DNA of 64,000 nucleotides, taken from positions 248,001-312,000 of the forward strand of contig OZ025654.1 in assembly GCA_964019335.1 (NCBI GenBank), written 5' to 3'. Position 1 is the stretch's first letter, and each line of letters starts with the position of its first letter. Under the pieces are notes generated by a model that ran no database searches, was not told where the DNA came from, and saw only the letters and a program-made list of their open reading frames with translations. This document shows, piece after piece, positions 35,161 through 46,302 of the stretch. This DNA is from Diplonema japonicum (lineage: Eukaryota; Protista; Euglenozoa: Diplonemea). The translations under genes were made by a program, and so were the position numbers.

Positions 35161-36519
35161 TTAATGTTTCTTATCGAAAACCGTGGCGGAAGCCCGCTTG
35201 TCGAGTGTGGGGAGGTGCTGCTGGCCGCGGAGGCGAGCTTCAAGAGCTGAGATCGCATTGAGTTGTACTGCAACGATTTCATGCATAGACTGGTCTGGAA
35301 GGAGGCGGCTCAAGTAGGGCTTCTTAGGCGCGTGGAGGGACGAAAAAGCGGAGGGGAGGGCACGACGCCCACCGCGGCAAGCCACATGGACAGCCCGTTT
35401 GTATCTTTTCAGCTTCACAAGATACCTGTCGATCTCTACTGTGAAGCTTCGCCTGTGTTTGCTAAGGGCTTCTCTCAACGCTTTCCTTCGCTTTTCCAAA
35501 GGGACCCCTCTGTGCACCTTCGCTGTCACACCCACATACAGCATGTCTGTCAAAATATTGTCCTTTTTTGCTTTCCTGCTTAACCCGGTGGCCATTACAA
35601 GCTTAAGCGTCTTCTCCAGCTTCAGGAAGTGCGCGTCCCACAAACACAGCACTGCGTCAGTGCACTGCAAGTAGTCGCGGCAGATCTTCTGCGCAAGACG
35701 GGTGTTCTTCATATAATCCCTGACCGCGCGACGGACGTGAGAGGAGCTGACAATGAGGACTTGTTTGATACGCCTGGTGTAGACGGCTCGCTTCATTCGC
35801 GTGAGGAAGATAGAGACGTAGAACAAAGGGATCAAAGGAGGAACGAAACGCTTGCAAGGAAGGAACCGGCGCAGCAAAGCTGCGACCTTGAAAGCTGAGA
35901 CGTGTTTCGATGGGAGATGAGAAGATGACAGATGCAAGGACATCAATACTCCGGCATGGACTGCCATGACGAGCCATGTTTTCTTTGCAAAAAGAAACTG
36001 ATTGTCAGTGCTGGCAGCGGTGCAGCGTAGTAATCGTGCTGACGCAGCCCGAGCCTCGCGGAGAGACGCTGCTTCGCGTACTTTGTTTTCAACGAACTCC
36101 GGGGTATGAAGCGCCGCTCCGAGTACGTTTCGTTTTGTGATGTCATTGCCCCCTGCAAGCTGCCTTGCTGAGTGCACCCTGCTTAGTTTGGACTGTTTGC
36201 AATACTGTTGGAATGCGGCCCAGTTCCCTGCTGTTTTAGCCGCTTCCCTCATCCTGCCGTTTATCAAAACCTTGGCAGTGTGCTTCTTGTAAACCTCCTT
36301 TTCCAATGTGATTGCTTCTGTGCCGTACGTAGCTTCTGCTTTCTTGTTGGCTTTTAGGACGACTGCCATCGCGTGTATGTCTTTGAGCATGTCGCTCAGT
36401 TTTACGTTCGGCTCCAGATTGAGGAGTTGTGAGCTTGCTTCGGTGTCCCCGTCCAGATCTGCAAGGAAGAACTGCAACTTCAAGGAAGCATTCTGACGCT
36501 GCGCGGTCAACGTGCTCAT
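35161..36519 (-). CDS. Hypothetical basic helical protein (452 aa), distantly similar to 44905-46302
   Basis: Long ATG-initiated ORF with coding-like GC content between AT-rich flanks. Confidence 0.82.
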   Translation of the reverse strand: MSTLTAQRQNASLKLQFFLADLDGDTEASSQLLNLEPNVKLSDMLKDIHAMAVVLKANKKAEATYGTEAITLEKEVYKKHTAKVLINGRMREAAKTAGNWAAFQQYCKQSKLSRVHSARQLAGGNDITKRNVLGAALHTPEFVENKVREAASLREARAASARLLRCTAASTDNQFLFAKKTWLVMAVHAGVLMSLHLSSSHLPSKHVSAFKVAALLRRFLPCKRFVPPLIPLFYVSIFLTRMKRAVYTRRIKQVLIVSSSHVRRAVRDYMKNTRLAQKICRDYLQCTDAVLCLWDAHFLKLEKTLKLVMATGLSRKAKKDNILTDMLYVGVTAKVHRGVPLEKRRKALREALSKHRRSFTVEIDRYLVKLKRYKRAVHVACRGGRRALPSAFSSLHAPKKPYLSRLLPDQSMHEIVAVQLNAISALEARLRGQQHLPTLDKRASATVFDKKH

Positions 36520-37170
36520 TTCTTCTTTTCGTTTTTTTTCTTTGGAAAGAAAAAAAAAAACCTGTTGTGGAATCGTTGCCTATCTCGGTTTTCTTTTTTT
36601 TTATCGGTTGAAGATACATTTCTTTCCCCCCTTTTGGAGTTAGTTTTCTTTTGAGACAGGGGGGGGTGGTTGGGGTTGGGATGTTTTTTCTTCTTCTTTT
36701 TCTTTCCCTATTTTTATTTGCGCAAAACCTTCTAAAATAACAAAATGGAGGGAGAGCGTTAGCAATAACTCGCCATAAATAGAAGAAAGAAAAGAAGAAG
36801 AGGGGGGGGGATAAAAAGAAAATACAAGAAAGCGCATTGATGAAGACATGTTTGTGCCACTACTCTTGTTTGCTCGACTCGATCTGCGGCCTCTCCAAAT
36901 AAGGAGAGGATACGAGAACAAGGTACTCACCTCCACAAACAATGGGGCAAGCCACGCTGTGATAGTGAATAGTTTTTTACTCCTTCTTTTAAATCTCTGC
37001 CACAAACTCCTCATCCTTTTTCTCCATTTCTCTTTTTCTTTTTTCCACAACAAAAAAAAATATTTGTGTAGATGAAACAAACACAAATGTTGGTACACAA
37101 AAAAAAAAGACGGGGTCCGTCTTTCTTTTTTTTAAAGCCACTTGTGTGTGTGTGTGGGGGGGGGGGGGGG

Positions 37171-37379
37171 GGGTATGTTGGCAAGGAAACGCGTTTCCAA
37201 GCTTTTTTTTGAAAATAGGGAAACGGAAACGGATACAGAAACGTTTCCTTACTTTGGGGCCGTTTCCTTAAGAAGGGAACACGCTTCCCTCTTGAGAAGG
37301 AAACGCGTTTCCTTAAGTATCTGAAAAATAAAGAAACGGAAACGGAAACGTTTCCCCGTTTCTTGCCAACATAGCCCTG
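37171..37379. mobile_element. MITE family A, copy 4, within poly-G
   Basis: GGGTATGTTGGCAAGGAAACGCG...TTGCCAACATAGCCCTG with long G-runs on both sides. Confidence 0.8.
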
Positions 37380-38827
37380 GGGGGGGGGGGGGGGGGGGGG
37401 CTCCTCCAAAAAGAAACAGTGAAGCGGGCTTGTAAGAAGAAACAGGAAACATGGAAAGAAAAAAAAGGGGGGGGGGGTGCACGGCATTTCTGTGCTCCCA
37501 GGACCATAGTCAGCACCCTTTGCAGCGATCCTGGCACGACTTTTAAAGAGGATCTCATGTAAGGGTGAGTGCAATGGCTCGAGGCTTGCAAACACCTGCT
37601 TAGCTCGCTTAAGGGGAGGTGTTGCTACCCACCTTCGACTTCAAGTCTTGCTGCCCCAAAAAAGGACTCACGATGACCACATTATTTTTCTGTTCAAAAC
37701 ACATTTTTCCTTTCTTTGAAACAAAACAAATAAAAATAAAAAGAGAAAGAGACAGGAGGCCCAGATTGCCATCCTTGATTACAGGGTGCTCCCTGGCCAA
37801 AGAAAAACTATTCTGGTTTTTGGTGTAGCAGCATACCCCCTATCTTTTATACCTCTTTCTATCCTCCTCTTTTTTTCCTCCAAATAAAAAAGAAATCTTC
37901 TCCCTAGAGTAGGGGACTGACTGGACTTTTCTTTTTTTTTTTTTCTTCTCGGGCTATACTTTTTCTTCGTGAACAAATAAAAAAAAAATCAGTGTCGGGG
38001 TTTCGCATGAAATCGTCTGATGACTTGGTTACCCACCTTTTTTCTCTTTTTTTTCTTTTTCTTAAGTGGGGATAGAGAAAAGAAATAACAGATGAGATAG
38101 CAGAGAAAGGGGTATTGAAGGAGGGAGGGGAAGTTTGTCACAAAATAAAAATAAAAACCGGAATGGATACGCAAAAGCGAAAAAGGTGCTGGGGAGAACC
38201 GGGCGAGCCTGCGGGCCTATTAAAAAAGGCTTTTGTTCATTTCGTTTCTTAGATTATACTACTCAGCTCTGCCCTAGAACTGAAGATGGGAGGAAAGAGA
38301 AAAAAAAAATAGGGGGGAAATAAAGTAAAATAAAAAATCTTAAAAAAAGATTCTGCCGTACGAAGACCTGTGGGTGCGTTCAATGGCTGTTTTTTTTTTT
38401 TTTTTCTCTTTTTTTCTTTCTACTTAATTCTGATCAGCTCTCTTAGAGAATTTAGGCTAGAAGAATTAAATCAGGTAAGTTAGCACTTTATTTTCACCTC
38501 CGTTCAGTAAAGACTCGCTCAGCACCCAAATTCTTTGCGAGAGCAGCTCATCATTAAATAAAATGTTGAATTAAAATCACAGCCCGATTTTACTTTGTAG
38601 ACTCCCACGCGTGAAATCAAGGCTATCTGATTTTCATTTAATAAATAGTAATTTCTTCTTTTTCTTTTTTCTATTGGTAAGAAAGGGGGGGGGGGGGGGA
38701 AAGGGAGAAAAATACAAAAGGGGAGAAAAATGACTTTTAAACATGCTAAGTTATCGCAGAGGTTCATGTTCAGGTCATCAAGCGTGAAATTTTCTTTTTT
38801 TTTTTTTTTCCTCGTTTTCTTTGTTGT

Positions 38828-41800
38828 TCAGACAGTGAAGGTCTTCTTATAGATACCACTCCGATCCGTGCTTGAGGTTGTGTCAAGAGGGGGAATGGAA
38901 CTAAGACTCAGGTCATGAAAGTGAATATTAACTTGCTTCCCACGTCCACCGGCATCTGAACGGCCTAAAGTCCGTGGCAGCGAAAACCGAACGAGAGGCT
39001 CATCACGTGACCTGCGAAGCAGCTCGTCGACTCCCTCAACCTCACACGTGTCATAGATCTCAGTCTGTAGCCGTGACCTACGTCCGGTTACCAGAATGTA
39101 CACTTCAGTGCAAACGTCAAGCCCCACCTTTATAAGCAGGAGGACAACTGCGATGATCATTAGATCTGATGCGAGAATGAACTCCTTATCGTCCACCCCC
39201 TTCCCGTGGTAGTGCCCAGCAGCCATCATAAACATCGCCACACCTTGCAACCCGAGCATCACGAAGTCTAAGGTCGAGTCCCTGAACCTTGCATGCGGCC
39301 ATAATTTTGCCTCCAACAACAGCATCGAGAAGAATATCACTCCTGTGAAGACCTTCTTGTGCCCGCACCCCACATAGCTGTCTGTCTCCGCTGCTTGTAT
39401 TGCCGATATCGTCAGTGATGCTGCAAACTCGATCAACGCGTACCACGCTGTATCCTGTCCGAAGGTGCGCACCACAGAGGTATACCGCTGCACCCAGAAA
39501 CACGATCTGTCTGTGTTTACCCATTCCCCGGGGCCCAGCATCAGCTTCCTCACCTCCCCGCACGGGAACTCATGCATGTAGACAGCCCTTCCAGGGACGC
39601 TCTTCGTGACGATGTAGAACACGATGAACGGGACCACGATGCACACGGCGAGGCTCACAATGCCCAATATGAACCCGCCTGCATTTGGGGGTTGGATGAT
39701 GAGGTTGATGGAGCCGAGGGTGGTCCCTTGGTAGAAGAGCTGGAAGACAACAAGCGGGGCCGATGGGAACCGCATCCACCCCTGTGTGTCCAGCCCGTTG
39801 AACAGCCGGGGGAACATCTTCGCACCGCCTGACATCGCGATCTTCACAAGGACAAAGCACAGCAGCCCGAACCCGAAGGTGATGGCGAAGTTCCCCACCA
39901 CAAGCCCCACAGACTCGCTGCCCCAGATCTCCATTTGCGTGGGGTGCAGTGCACGGGGCATCTTTTGCTGCTTTCCGTGAAGGTTGCAACCCAAGCTCAC
40001 CACTACCAGGCGTGTTGCTGCCCCCGCCGCTGCTCCTGCTGCCGCGACTGAACCTACAGCAGCGGCCGATCCCGCTGTGCTGATTGCCTCTTCGTTGGCA
40101 AGTACTTCAGGGGCATCTGTTGCAGGGATGAGCGTGCTGTTGTCAGTAGGGGGCGGAAGCCCCGTGGGGGCTATTGTGGGTGGCACTGTTGGAGTAACAG
40201 TTGGTACTGCCGTTGGTTGGGCAGTTGCAGGCGTTGCTGTAGTCGGTGCGACGGTGGGCTGGATGGCGGTCGGCACAGCAGTGGGAATCTTGGTAGGCGT
40301 GGAAGTGGGTGTGGCTGTACGAGATACAGTTGAAGGTGCTTGCGTAGGGGATGCTGTCGGCTCAAGGGTATTGGGGGACGAAGAAGGCTGCATAGTTGGG
40401 GTCGAAGTGGGTTCAGCAGTCGGTGGGGAAAGCGTACTGGGGGCAGGAGTGTCCGGTGCAGGAGTGTCTGGAGCCCCTGTCAGTGGGAAAGGAGTGATTG
40501 GTGCTGCAGTATTTGGTGCAGGAGTATCTGGAGCAGGAGTATTTGGTGCAGGGGTGTCTGGTGCAGGAGTGTCTGGTGCAGGAGTATCTGGAGCAGGAGT
40601 ATTTGGTGCAGGGGTGTCTGGTGCAGGAGTGTCTGGTGCAGGAGTAGTTGGTGCAGGGGTGCCTGGTGCAGGAGTATCAGGAGCAGGGGTGTCTGGTGCA
40701 GGAGTGTCAGGAGCAGGAGTATCAGGAGCAGGTGTGTCTGGTACAGGAGTATCAGGTGCAGGAGTGTCAGGAGCAGGTGTGTCTGGTGCAGGAGTGTCAG
40801 GAGCAGGTGTGTTTGGTGCAGGAGTATCAGGTGCAGGAGTATCTGGTGCAGGAGTGTTCGGCGCAGGAGTGTTTGGTGCAGGAGTGTCAGGAGCAGGTGT
40901 GTTTGGTGCAGGAGTATCAGGTGCAGGTGTGTTTGGTGCAGGAGTATCAGGTGCAGGAGTGTCTGGTGCAGGAGTGTTTGGTGCAAGAGTGTCTGGCGCC
41001 ACTGTAGCTGGGAAAGGGGTATCTGGAGCAGCAGTGTCTGGAGCTCCCGTGGCTGGGAAGGGCGTACTCGGTGCGGCAGTATCAGGAACGACCGTAGGGG
41101 GGGAAGGGGTATCGGGCGCAGCGGTGTCGGGCACATCAGTAACGGGAATGCCGTATGGGAGATTCGCAATGTTGACAACGTACAGTCCCCCAGGCCCCAC
41201 AGACGCGAAGAGGAGCGTCCCGCGTATCTCAGTCACGTACGTCGCATCACCGCTGAGAGGGAACTCAGCGTGGTTGACGTAGGAAGGAAGATCCAGACTG
41301 TCGATGACAAGGACTCCTGTGGAGGTTGTGGAGAAGCATAGGGTCCCGGAACAAGCAATGCCCTTCACAGAGAGAGACCCGTGAGTGTGCTGTTTTGACA
41401 GGACGTTCACTGACGAAGGTGTCGATGTGTCCAGCTGGTCGTAGTAGTTGGACGATGTCACATAAGCACGACTGCCGTCAGGCCACAGGGACAACCCGTA
41501 AACCGGCCCAGGCATGTTCGTGTCGTAGGGCCCAGAAAGCTGCCGCGAAGTAGGGTCCACAACATAGATTAGGTAGTTACTTGTTGCAACGTGAAGATAG
41601 GCACCGCGCAGGGCCATGTCGTAGCAACGAGAGGAGTACTGAACATACTGGATGGCCGTGGGTGGGGTCGTGGAGGTATCGTAAACTGCTATACCGCTGC
41701 TTACACAAGAATAGATGATATCTGCAGACGGGTGCTTGATGAGGACTCGGCTGTTCCCATACGAAGTGTCTCGTACGCTGACAGAGACGGGCGAAGGGGA

Positions 41801-42151
41801 CGTGGGAGTCGAGATATCTAAGACCTGCAGTGTAGCCAATGCACCAGACACATATAATCGGTTCCCAGCCACTGTGCATGCCCTTACGTCGTAGCCACTT
41901 CCCCAGCTCCCTACATTTACCATCGCTGTCGTTGGGCTTGCACTGTTTGGGACACCGCTCCAGTCTATTACACGAAGTCCTTGTCCTTCATCTGCGACGT
42001 ACATGTATGTGTCGTCTTTGATGCAAAAACCCGCCAGTGGTTCGCTTGTAGCAGCAACACGCCCTACGACCGTTTGCCCAACGGACGTATTTATTATACT
42101 ACTCCACCAACAGATCATCAGCAACAATTTCAGCTCATCATGGGCCGCCAT
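38828..42151 (-). CDS. Cell-surface protein: LVIVD propeller, PDTPA/Pro-Thr stalk and multi-pass TM C-terminal domain (ATG 42151)
   Basis: YMYVADEGQGLRVID, LQVLDISTPTSP and GGLYVVNIAN repeats; ~40 (D/N)TPAP units; many hydrophobic helices after LHPTQM. Confidence 0.88.
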   Translation of the reverse strand: MAAHDELKLLLMICWWSSIINTSVGQTVVGRVAATSEPLAGFCIKDDTYMYVADEGQGLRVIDWSGVPNSASPTTAMVNVGSWGSGYDVRACTVAGNRLYVSGALATLQVLDISTPTSPSPVSVSVRDTSYGNSRVLIKHPSADIIYSCVSSGIAVYDTSTTPPTAIQYVQYSSRCYDMALRGAYLHVATSNYLIYVVDPTSRQLSGPYDTNMPGPVYGLSLWPDGSRAYVTSSNYYDQLDTSTPSSVNVLSKQHTHGSLSVKGIACSGTLCFSTTSTGVLVIDSLDLPSYVNHAEFPLSGDATYVTEIRGTLLFASVGPGGLYVVNIANLPYGIPVTDVPDTAAPDTPSPPTVVPDTAAPSTPFPATGAPDTAAPDTPFPATVAPDTLAPNTPAPDTPAPDTPAPNTPAPDTPAPNTPAPDTPAPNTPAPNTPAPDTPAPDTPAPNTPAPDTPAPDTPAPDTPAPDTPVPDTPAPDTPAPDTPAPDTPAPDTPAPGTPAPTTPAPDTPAPDTPAPNTPAPDTPAPDTPAPDTPAPNTPAPDTPAPNTAAPITPFPLTGAPDTPAPDTPAPSTLSPPTAEPTSTPTMQPSSSPNTLEPTASPTQAPSTVSRTATPTSTPTKIPTAVPTAIQPTVAPTTATPATAQPTAVPTVTPTVPPTIAPTGLPPPTDNSTLIPATDAPEVLANEEAISTAGSAAAVGSVAAAGAAAGAATRLVVVSLGCNLHGKQQKMPRALHPTQMEIWGSESVGLVVGNFAITFGFGLLCFVLVKIAMSGGAKMFPRLFNGLDTQGWMRFPSAPLVVFQLFYQGTTLGSINLIIQPPNAGGFILGIVSLAVCIVVPFIVFYIVTKSVPGRAVYMHEFPCGEVRKLMLGPGEWVNTDRSCFWVQRYTSVVRTFGQDTAWYALIEFAASLTISAIQAAETDSYVGCGHKKVFTGVIFFSMLLLEAKLWPHARFRDSTLDFVMLGLQGVAMFMMAAGHYHGKGVDDKEFILASDLMIIAVVLLLIKVGLDVCTEVYILVTGRRSRLQTEIYDTCEVEGVDELLRRSRDEPLVRFSLPRTLGRSDAGGRGKQVNIHFHDLSLSSIPPLDTTSSTDRSGIYKKTFTV
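40440..41130. repeat. Coding 15-bp minisatellite (PDTPA/PNTPA)
   Basis: GGTGCAGGAGT(A/G)TC(A/T) units in tandem. Confidence 0.92.
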
Positions 42152-43243
42152 GCTAGTTACACATGCTTTTGTTTTCTTTTTGGGAGGGAAGAGAGTCACC
42201 TAATATGCCGCGTGGCTGGTACACAGAAGGAAAAGATATATAGTGTTGGGAAGTAGAGGGAAGAAAATGGTTGTGTCTTCATGTACAGGGAGAGGGGGGT
42301 CTACCCCTTTCTCCCTTTCCTTGCCCTCAGGTAAAGACACAAGGCGTTGGGCGGTGTGAATACAATTCACTGTAATGGAGAAATGGAGAGCTGATAATAC
42401 CGACACCCCAATGTAAAATAAAATAAAATAATATAAAATAAAACCAGAGTAAAGTGGCGTTCATCTTTTTCCCGTTCTCTTTTTTGTTTCCCTTGTTCTT
42501 CGCAGGGGGGAGGGAGACTTTGTGCACGGGGAGGAGTGGGACTTTGTGCACCTACAACATAGAGAAAAGAATAAAGAAGGTGCAGAGTTTCCAGCTGGGG
42601 ACAGGGAGGCGGGAAGAAAGAAAATAAAAAACTGAAACGGCAACCTCCAGTACTAACCAAAGACGGGGGGGGGGTAGAAAAAGGGGGGGGGAGAAAATGT
42701 GTAAAAAAAAAGTTTCTCTTACAGTCTGCTGCCTCCCTCTTTTCAACCAGTTCCGCTTGTCAGGAGAGAGCGTGAAAAAAAAAAAAAAAGCTTCTTGTCC
42801 TTATTATAATAAACTTATTCGCAATTCTTCCTTTCTTTTTTCCCTTTATATTCACTACCAGTAATCTGTATGATAATATACATAAAAAGATAGATTTGAA
42901 ACTCTCAGCACTACTCTCATATCCACAAGAAAAATACCAGTTTTCACACATAATAAGACGGACCTTTCTATTGCATTGAAAAAAAAAAGTTTTATATGAG
43001 ATGAAAGGGGCTCTCAGCACTTGGGAGCTCTCATCCCTTTTCACTTTCTGTCTCCCCCCCCCCCCCCCCCCCCGTTACAAGAAAAACAAAAAACAACAAG
43101 CCCGGTATTCTCTTTTCTCCCTTTACCTTTTTTTTAGACAACAAAAAATAAAATGAACCAAAACAAAAAAAAAGAACTTTGTTAATTCTTCCCCAATTCT
43201 ATTGTTAAACTACAACTACCACCCCCCCTCGTCCAAAAAAAAA

Positions 43244-43284
43244 GGCGATGTTTAAGGGCAAATCCCACTTTGAGGACCACCCTA
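43244..43284 (-). mobile_element. 3' tip of non-LTR family L1
   Basis: GGCGATGTTTAAGGGCAAATCCCACTTTGAGGACCACCCT matches 1120-1158; preceded by an A-run on the plus strand. Confidence 0.75.
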
Positions 43285-43369
43285 CCCGAAAGAAACCTTA
43301 TAAAAAAAAAAAAAGAAAACTGTTATAATAAAGGTTCACACGAGAAATCCTGCACAAGAAAAACAAAAA

Positions 43370-44212
43370 TCAGACCTGCTGGTTCTGCATTGGCTGAACA
43401 GGAGCTGAGTAAGGCTGCGCCTGGTGCGGCTGCACCGGGTAGGGCTGGGCCTGCATAGGGTAAGCCTGAACGTGTCCAGGATAGGGCTGAACCTGCGGGT
43501 AAGGCTGCGCATATGCAGGCTGTGCAAAGTTCACCATAGGGGTGTACGCAGTGGGGTTGGCATTGTACTGGTCCAGTTGCTTCTTATAAATCTTGCGATA
43601 GTAAACAGCCACACAAGCTGCGATGGTAAATATGACCAACTCAATAATCTCCGCAGGCAAACTGCGTACGTTCAAACAGCTGTGCCAGTCATCGTTCTTG
43701 CAGTACGCTTCAGCGGTTCTCGAGGCACCTACCTGTTTGTACCCTGAAGGGCACCCGTCCTCCAGCATGCAGCTTGAGTTGCCTATCATCCACATCCCTC
43801 TACAGAACACAGGATTTGTAGGGGGGTGCAGGTCACTATGGCACGCTACTGCCTTTGACAGCACCAGTATCAGAAACACAATCCCAACCACCAGGTTCGC
43901 TATGCTGTGTGCGACGCACCCTGTTGCACTCCCATAACGCCCCGTAGGGCTGTTGCAGCAACACATTGTAGCCAGACACCCAATGCCTCCACAGCACACT
44001 GTTCCCATGCATGCAATGTTGTAGTCGTCCTTCGGTGGCTGCTGGACAACAACCGCAGGGCCTGCCTGCATCGGGACGCCTTGTTGCACTGGGTATGGTT
44101 GAGCTATGGGTTGCCCAGGGGCTGCATTGTATGCCTCTTGCTGCGGAGGTGGTGGCGGCGGCTGTGCCGCCCTGTTCGCATCCTCATTGTTGTTCTGGTC
44201 TTCAGCACCCAT
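43370..44212 (-). CDS. Membrane protein with Pro/Gln/Tyr-rich termini and Cys-rich TM/luminal region (280 aa from ATG 44212)
   Basis: MGAEDQ start; QPYP repeats at both ends; hydrophobic segments CMGTVCCGGIGCLATMCCC, NLVVGIVFLILVL and IIELVIFTIAACVAVYY. Confidence 0.82.
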   Translation of the reverse strand: MGAEDQNNNEDANRAAQPPPPPPQQEAYNAAPGQPIAQPYPVQQGVPMQAGPAVVVQQPPKDDYNIACMGTVCCGGIGCLATMCCCNSPTGRYGSATGCVAHSIANLVVGIVFLILVLSKAVACHSDLHPPTNPVFCRGMWMIGNSSCMLEDGCPSGYKQVGASRTAEAYCKNDDWHSCLNVRSLPAEIIELVIFTIAACVAVYYRKIYKKQLDQYNANPTAYTPMVNFAQPAYAQPYPQVQPYPGHVQAYPMQAQPYPVQPHQAQPYSAPVQPMQNQQV

Positions 44213-44309
44213 GATGTCAGACTGTTGATGGGATATAAAGAAAGAAATCAAACACGAAAAAAGCAAAAAAAGAGATAAAAATACGAACGAAGACTGAGAA
44301 CTTAATACG

Positions 44310-44449
44310 GCAGCAAACTGCACGAACACATAATCCTTGGCTGTCGGGGCACCCTCAGCGTGAGCAGAGCTGCGCACCGCACTACAAGGACACGGACGCA
44401 GAATGCGGAAGAAGCTACAGCTCGACCGAGGTGGTGCCAAGTGATCAAC
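44310..44449 (+). repeat. Dispersed repeat family K, copy 2
   Basis: Aligns with the reverse complement of 3390-3520. Confidence 0.7.
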
Positions 44450-44904
44450 TTCCTTGTCCCCCGTTCTACTGGGACTTACATAACAAGGGGGGGGGGGGGG
44501 GGGGAGTAGGGAGGAGTTTGTGCATATTGGGATATATCCTGGGATAAATACTGCATGCTACCACTACTACTTCTACTGCAGTACTTGTTAAACACAAAAA
44601 AGAAAATACGGAAACTGAACATTACTAGATAGTAGGTTGATATGTTAAAAGATCCTCAAGTTTGGTAGACGGTGGCATTTCTTTTGTTTCTACGTACAAC
44701 TAAAAGAAGAAATTGTACATAAGATCCCAAGCACATCGCTGGCAAAAATAGAATACACCAATGCCATCTGCCGAGTATCCGCTGAAGCTACGAGGAAAAA
44801 ATCTTTTTTTAAAAAACTGCCGACCGAACTGAAAAAAAACCACAGCATAACACAGACATAAAAAAAAGAAATCCTTATGGACTCAAGAACATCCTTCTTT
44901 GTCC

Positions 44905-46302
44905 CTACAGCATTGGAAGGCGGCGCCTTGCGGGCTTAGGAGAGAGGAGAAGGTTTTCGAGTGGCTTAGTAGGGATAAGCGAGGAACCAGACGACAGTGC
45001 TATGCGGAGGGATCTCTGATGAGTCAGACGGAGCCCGTTGATAGTGGTGGTAATGTGCTCTTCCAGCTCTTCAGGAGAAAGGAGGGCACGGAAAGAAGGA
45101 GGTGCAGAATCATGGCGGTACCTGGACCGGGAGAGGCCTAGTGCGATGAGCGTGGTGTGCTTTGTCATGTTCTTCCTCCTGATGGCCTCCCACCTCCGCC
45201 GCTCCTTTACGTACTCCCATCTTTTCTTTGTGTACACATTGGCAAGCACCTGATCTCTGATGTCGGCAGGAACACCCGGCACCTGGTTCAGCTGTTTGAA
45301 CACCTCCCCGTTCTTTGCCACCGCCTTTTGGTCCAACTTCGGTCGGAACAAATTGGAATGTTTGTACAGCGGTTGCAAGTCGCGTAGTGTCGACTCGTTT
45401 CTGATCTTCACTTGGCGTTGCTTCTCTTGCAGGGCCTTCTCCCATTGGAGGGACCACAGCAATACCCGTGCCTTGCGGAGCTTCAGACAACCTCTGAGGT
45501 GTGCCAACAACTGCCGTATACGCTGGAAATACCTCCGCGCGTAGAACTGGAAGAGAACAGGGGTGGTGAGTCCTTTCGCAAGGAAGCTCTTGATGACGTT
45601 GGTGGAGTGGTTCTTCGACACACTATGCGAGACCGATAGCCGTCGTTGGTTGGTAGTAATCTGCTGCATGTTACGCGTTGCAGTGAGAAACGTGACGATT
45701 GCTGCCCACGCCTGGGCTGGGGCCTGCTGGCTGTTCACGGTTCTTGGACTGTGCGGACGGAGGGACGTTACGGATATTGTTCGGAGGGACGCCCTCGAAG
45801 CACGTGGAGGTGTCGGCGAGAAGGAAGAAGGAGAGGTCGCCACCTCATCCAGATCCTGAAGCATTTCACGTTTCTTAGTTGTGTACTCCTGCATCTGAGC
45901 CCGGTAACCAAGGACTTCCTTTTGGTACTCCTTCCAACCTGTTACAAAATCGATATTCCGCTGTACGATATCGTTCCTCTTGGGCTCGGCTGCCTCCGCC
46001 TCCTTCCGCTCGGCTTGGTACTGAGCTACCCTTTTCTCTAACGAGCTTCTTCTTTCTTCATTACCCCTTAACGAGGCTATTCTGTTGCGTATCATGGTGC
46101 GGGCGGTTGCTTTGGACGCGTCGGGGCTGCCCCGCTCCTTTCCACTCTTTTTCTTTTTCGATCCTGCGCTGTATGCTCTACGCAGCACGGACACCAGCTT
46201 ATCAATATCCTTGGCTATCTCTGCATGCGTGTCGTCTTGCTTCACGGTAAGGCCTACAACGGTCGATCTGCGCTTGCTTACGATAGCTGGAATAAGCGAC
46301 AT
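44905..46302 (-). CDS. Hypothetical basic coiled-coil protein (465 aa)
   Basis: Long ATG-initiated ORF with coding-like composition; C-terminal half resembles 35161-36519. Confidence 0.85.
   Translation of the reverse strand: MSLIPAIVSKRRSTVVGLTVKQDDTHAEIAKDIDKLVSVLRRAYSAGSKKKKSGKERGSPDASKATARTMIRNRIASLRGNEERRSSLEKRVAQYQAERKEAEAAEPKRNDIVQRNIDFVTGWKEYQKEVLGYRAQMQEYTTKKREMLQDLDEVATSPSSFSPTPPRASRASLRTISVTSLRPHSPRTVNSQQAPAQAWAAIVTFLTATRNMQQITTNQRRLSVSHSVSKNHSTNVIKSFLAKGLTTPVLFQFYARRYFQRIRQLLAHLRGCLKLRKARVLLWSLQWEKALQEKQRQVKIRNESTLRDLQPLYKHSNLFRPKLDQKAVAKNGEVFKQLNQVPGVPADIRDQVLANVYTKKRWEYVKERRRWEAIRRKNMTKHTTLIALGLSRSRYRHDSAPPSFRALLSPEELEEHITTTINGLRLTHQRSLRIALSSGSSLIPTKPLENLLLSPKPARRRLPML

Noticed and set aside
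36640-37800. Possible upstream exons of the 452-aa gene
   Set aside because: I could not build a consistent spliced frame; the region is interrupted by a MITE and homopolymers
39984-41341. Long plus-strand and alternate-frame ORFs (GAGVS, CRSVW, QECLV, LLHQT repeats); likewise 58360-59677
   Set aside because: Shadows of the stop-free 15-bp PDTPA minisatellite; the minus-strand frame carries the signal peptide and real domains
44213-44440. N-terminal extension of ORF 43370-44440
   Set aside because: TTG start; it runs through repeat K and a pyrimidine tract, so ATG 44212 is more plausible
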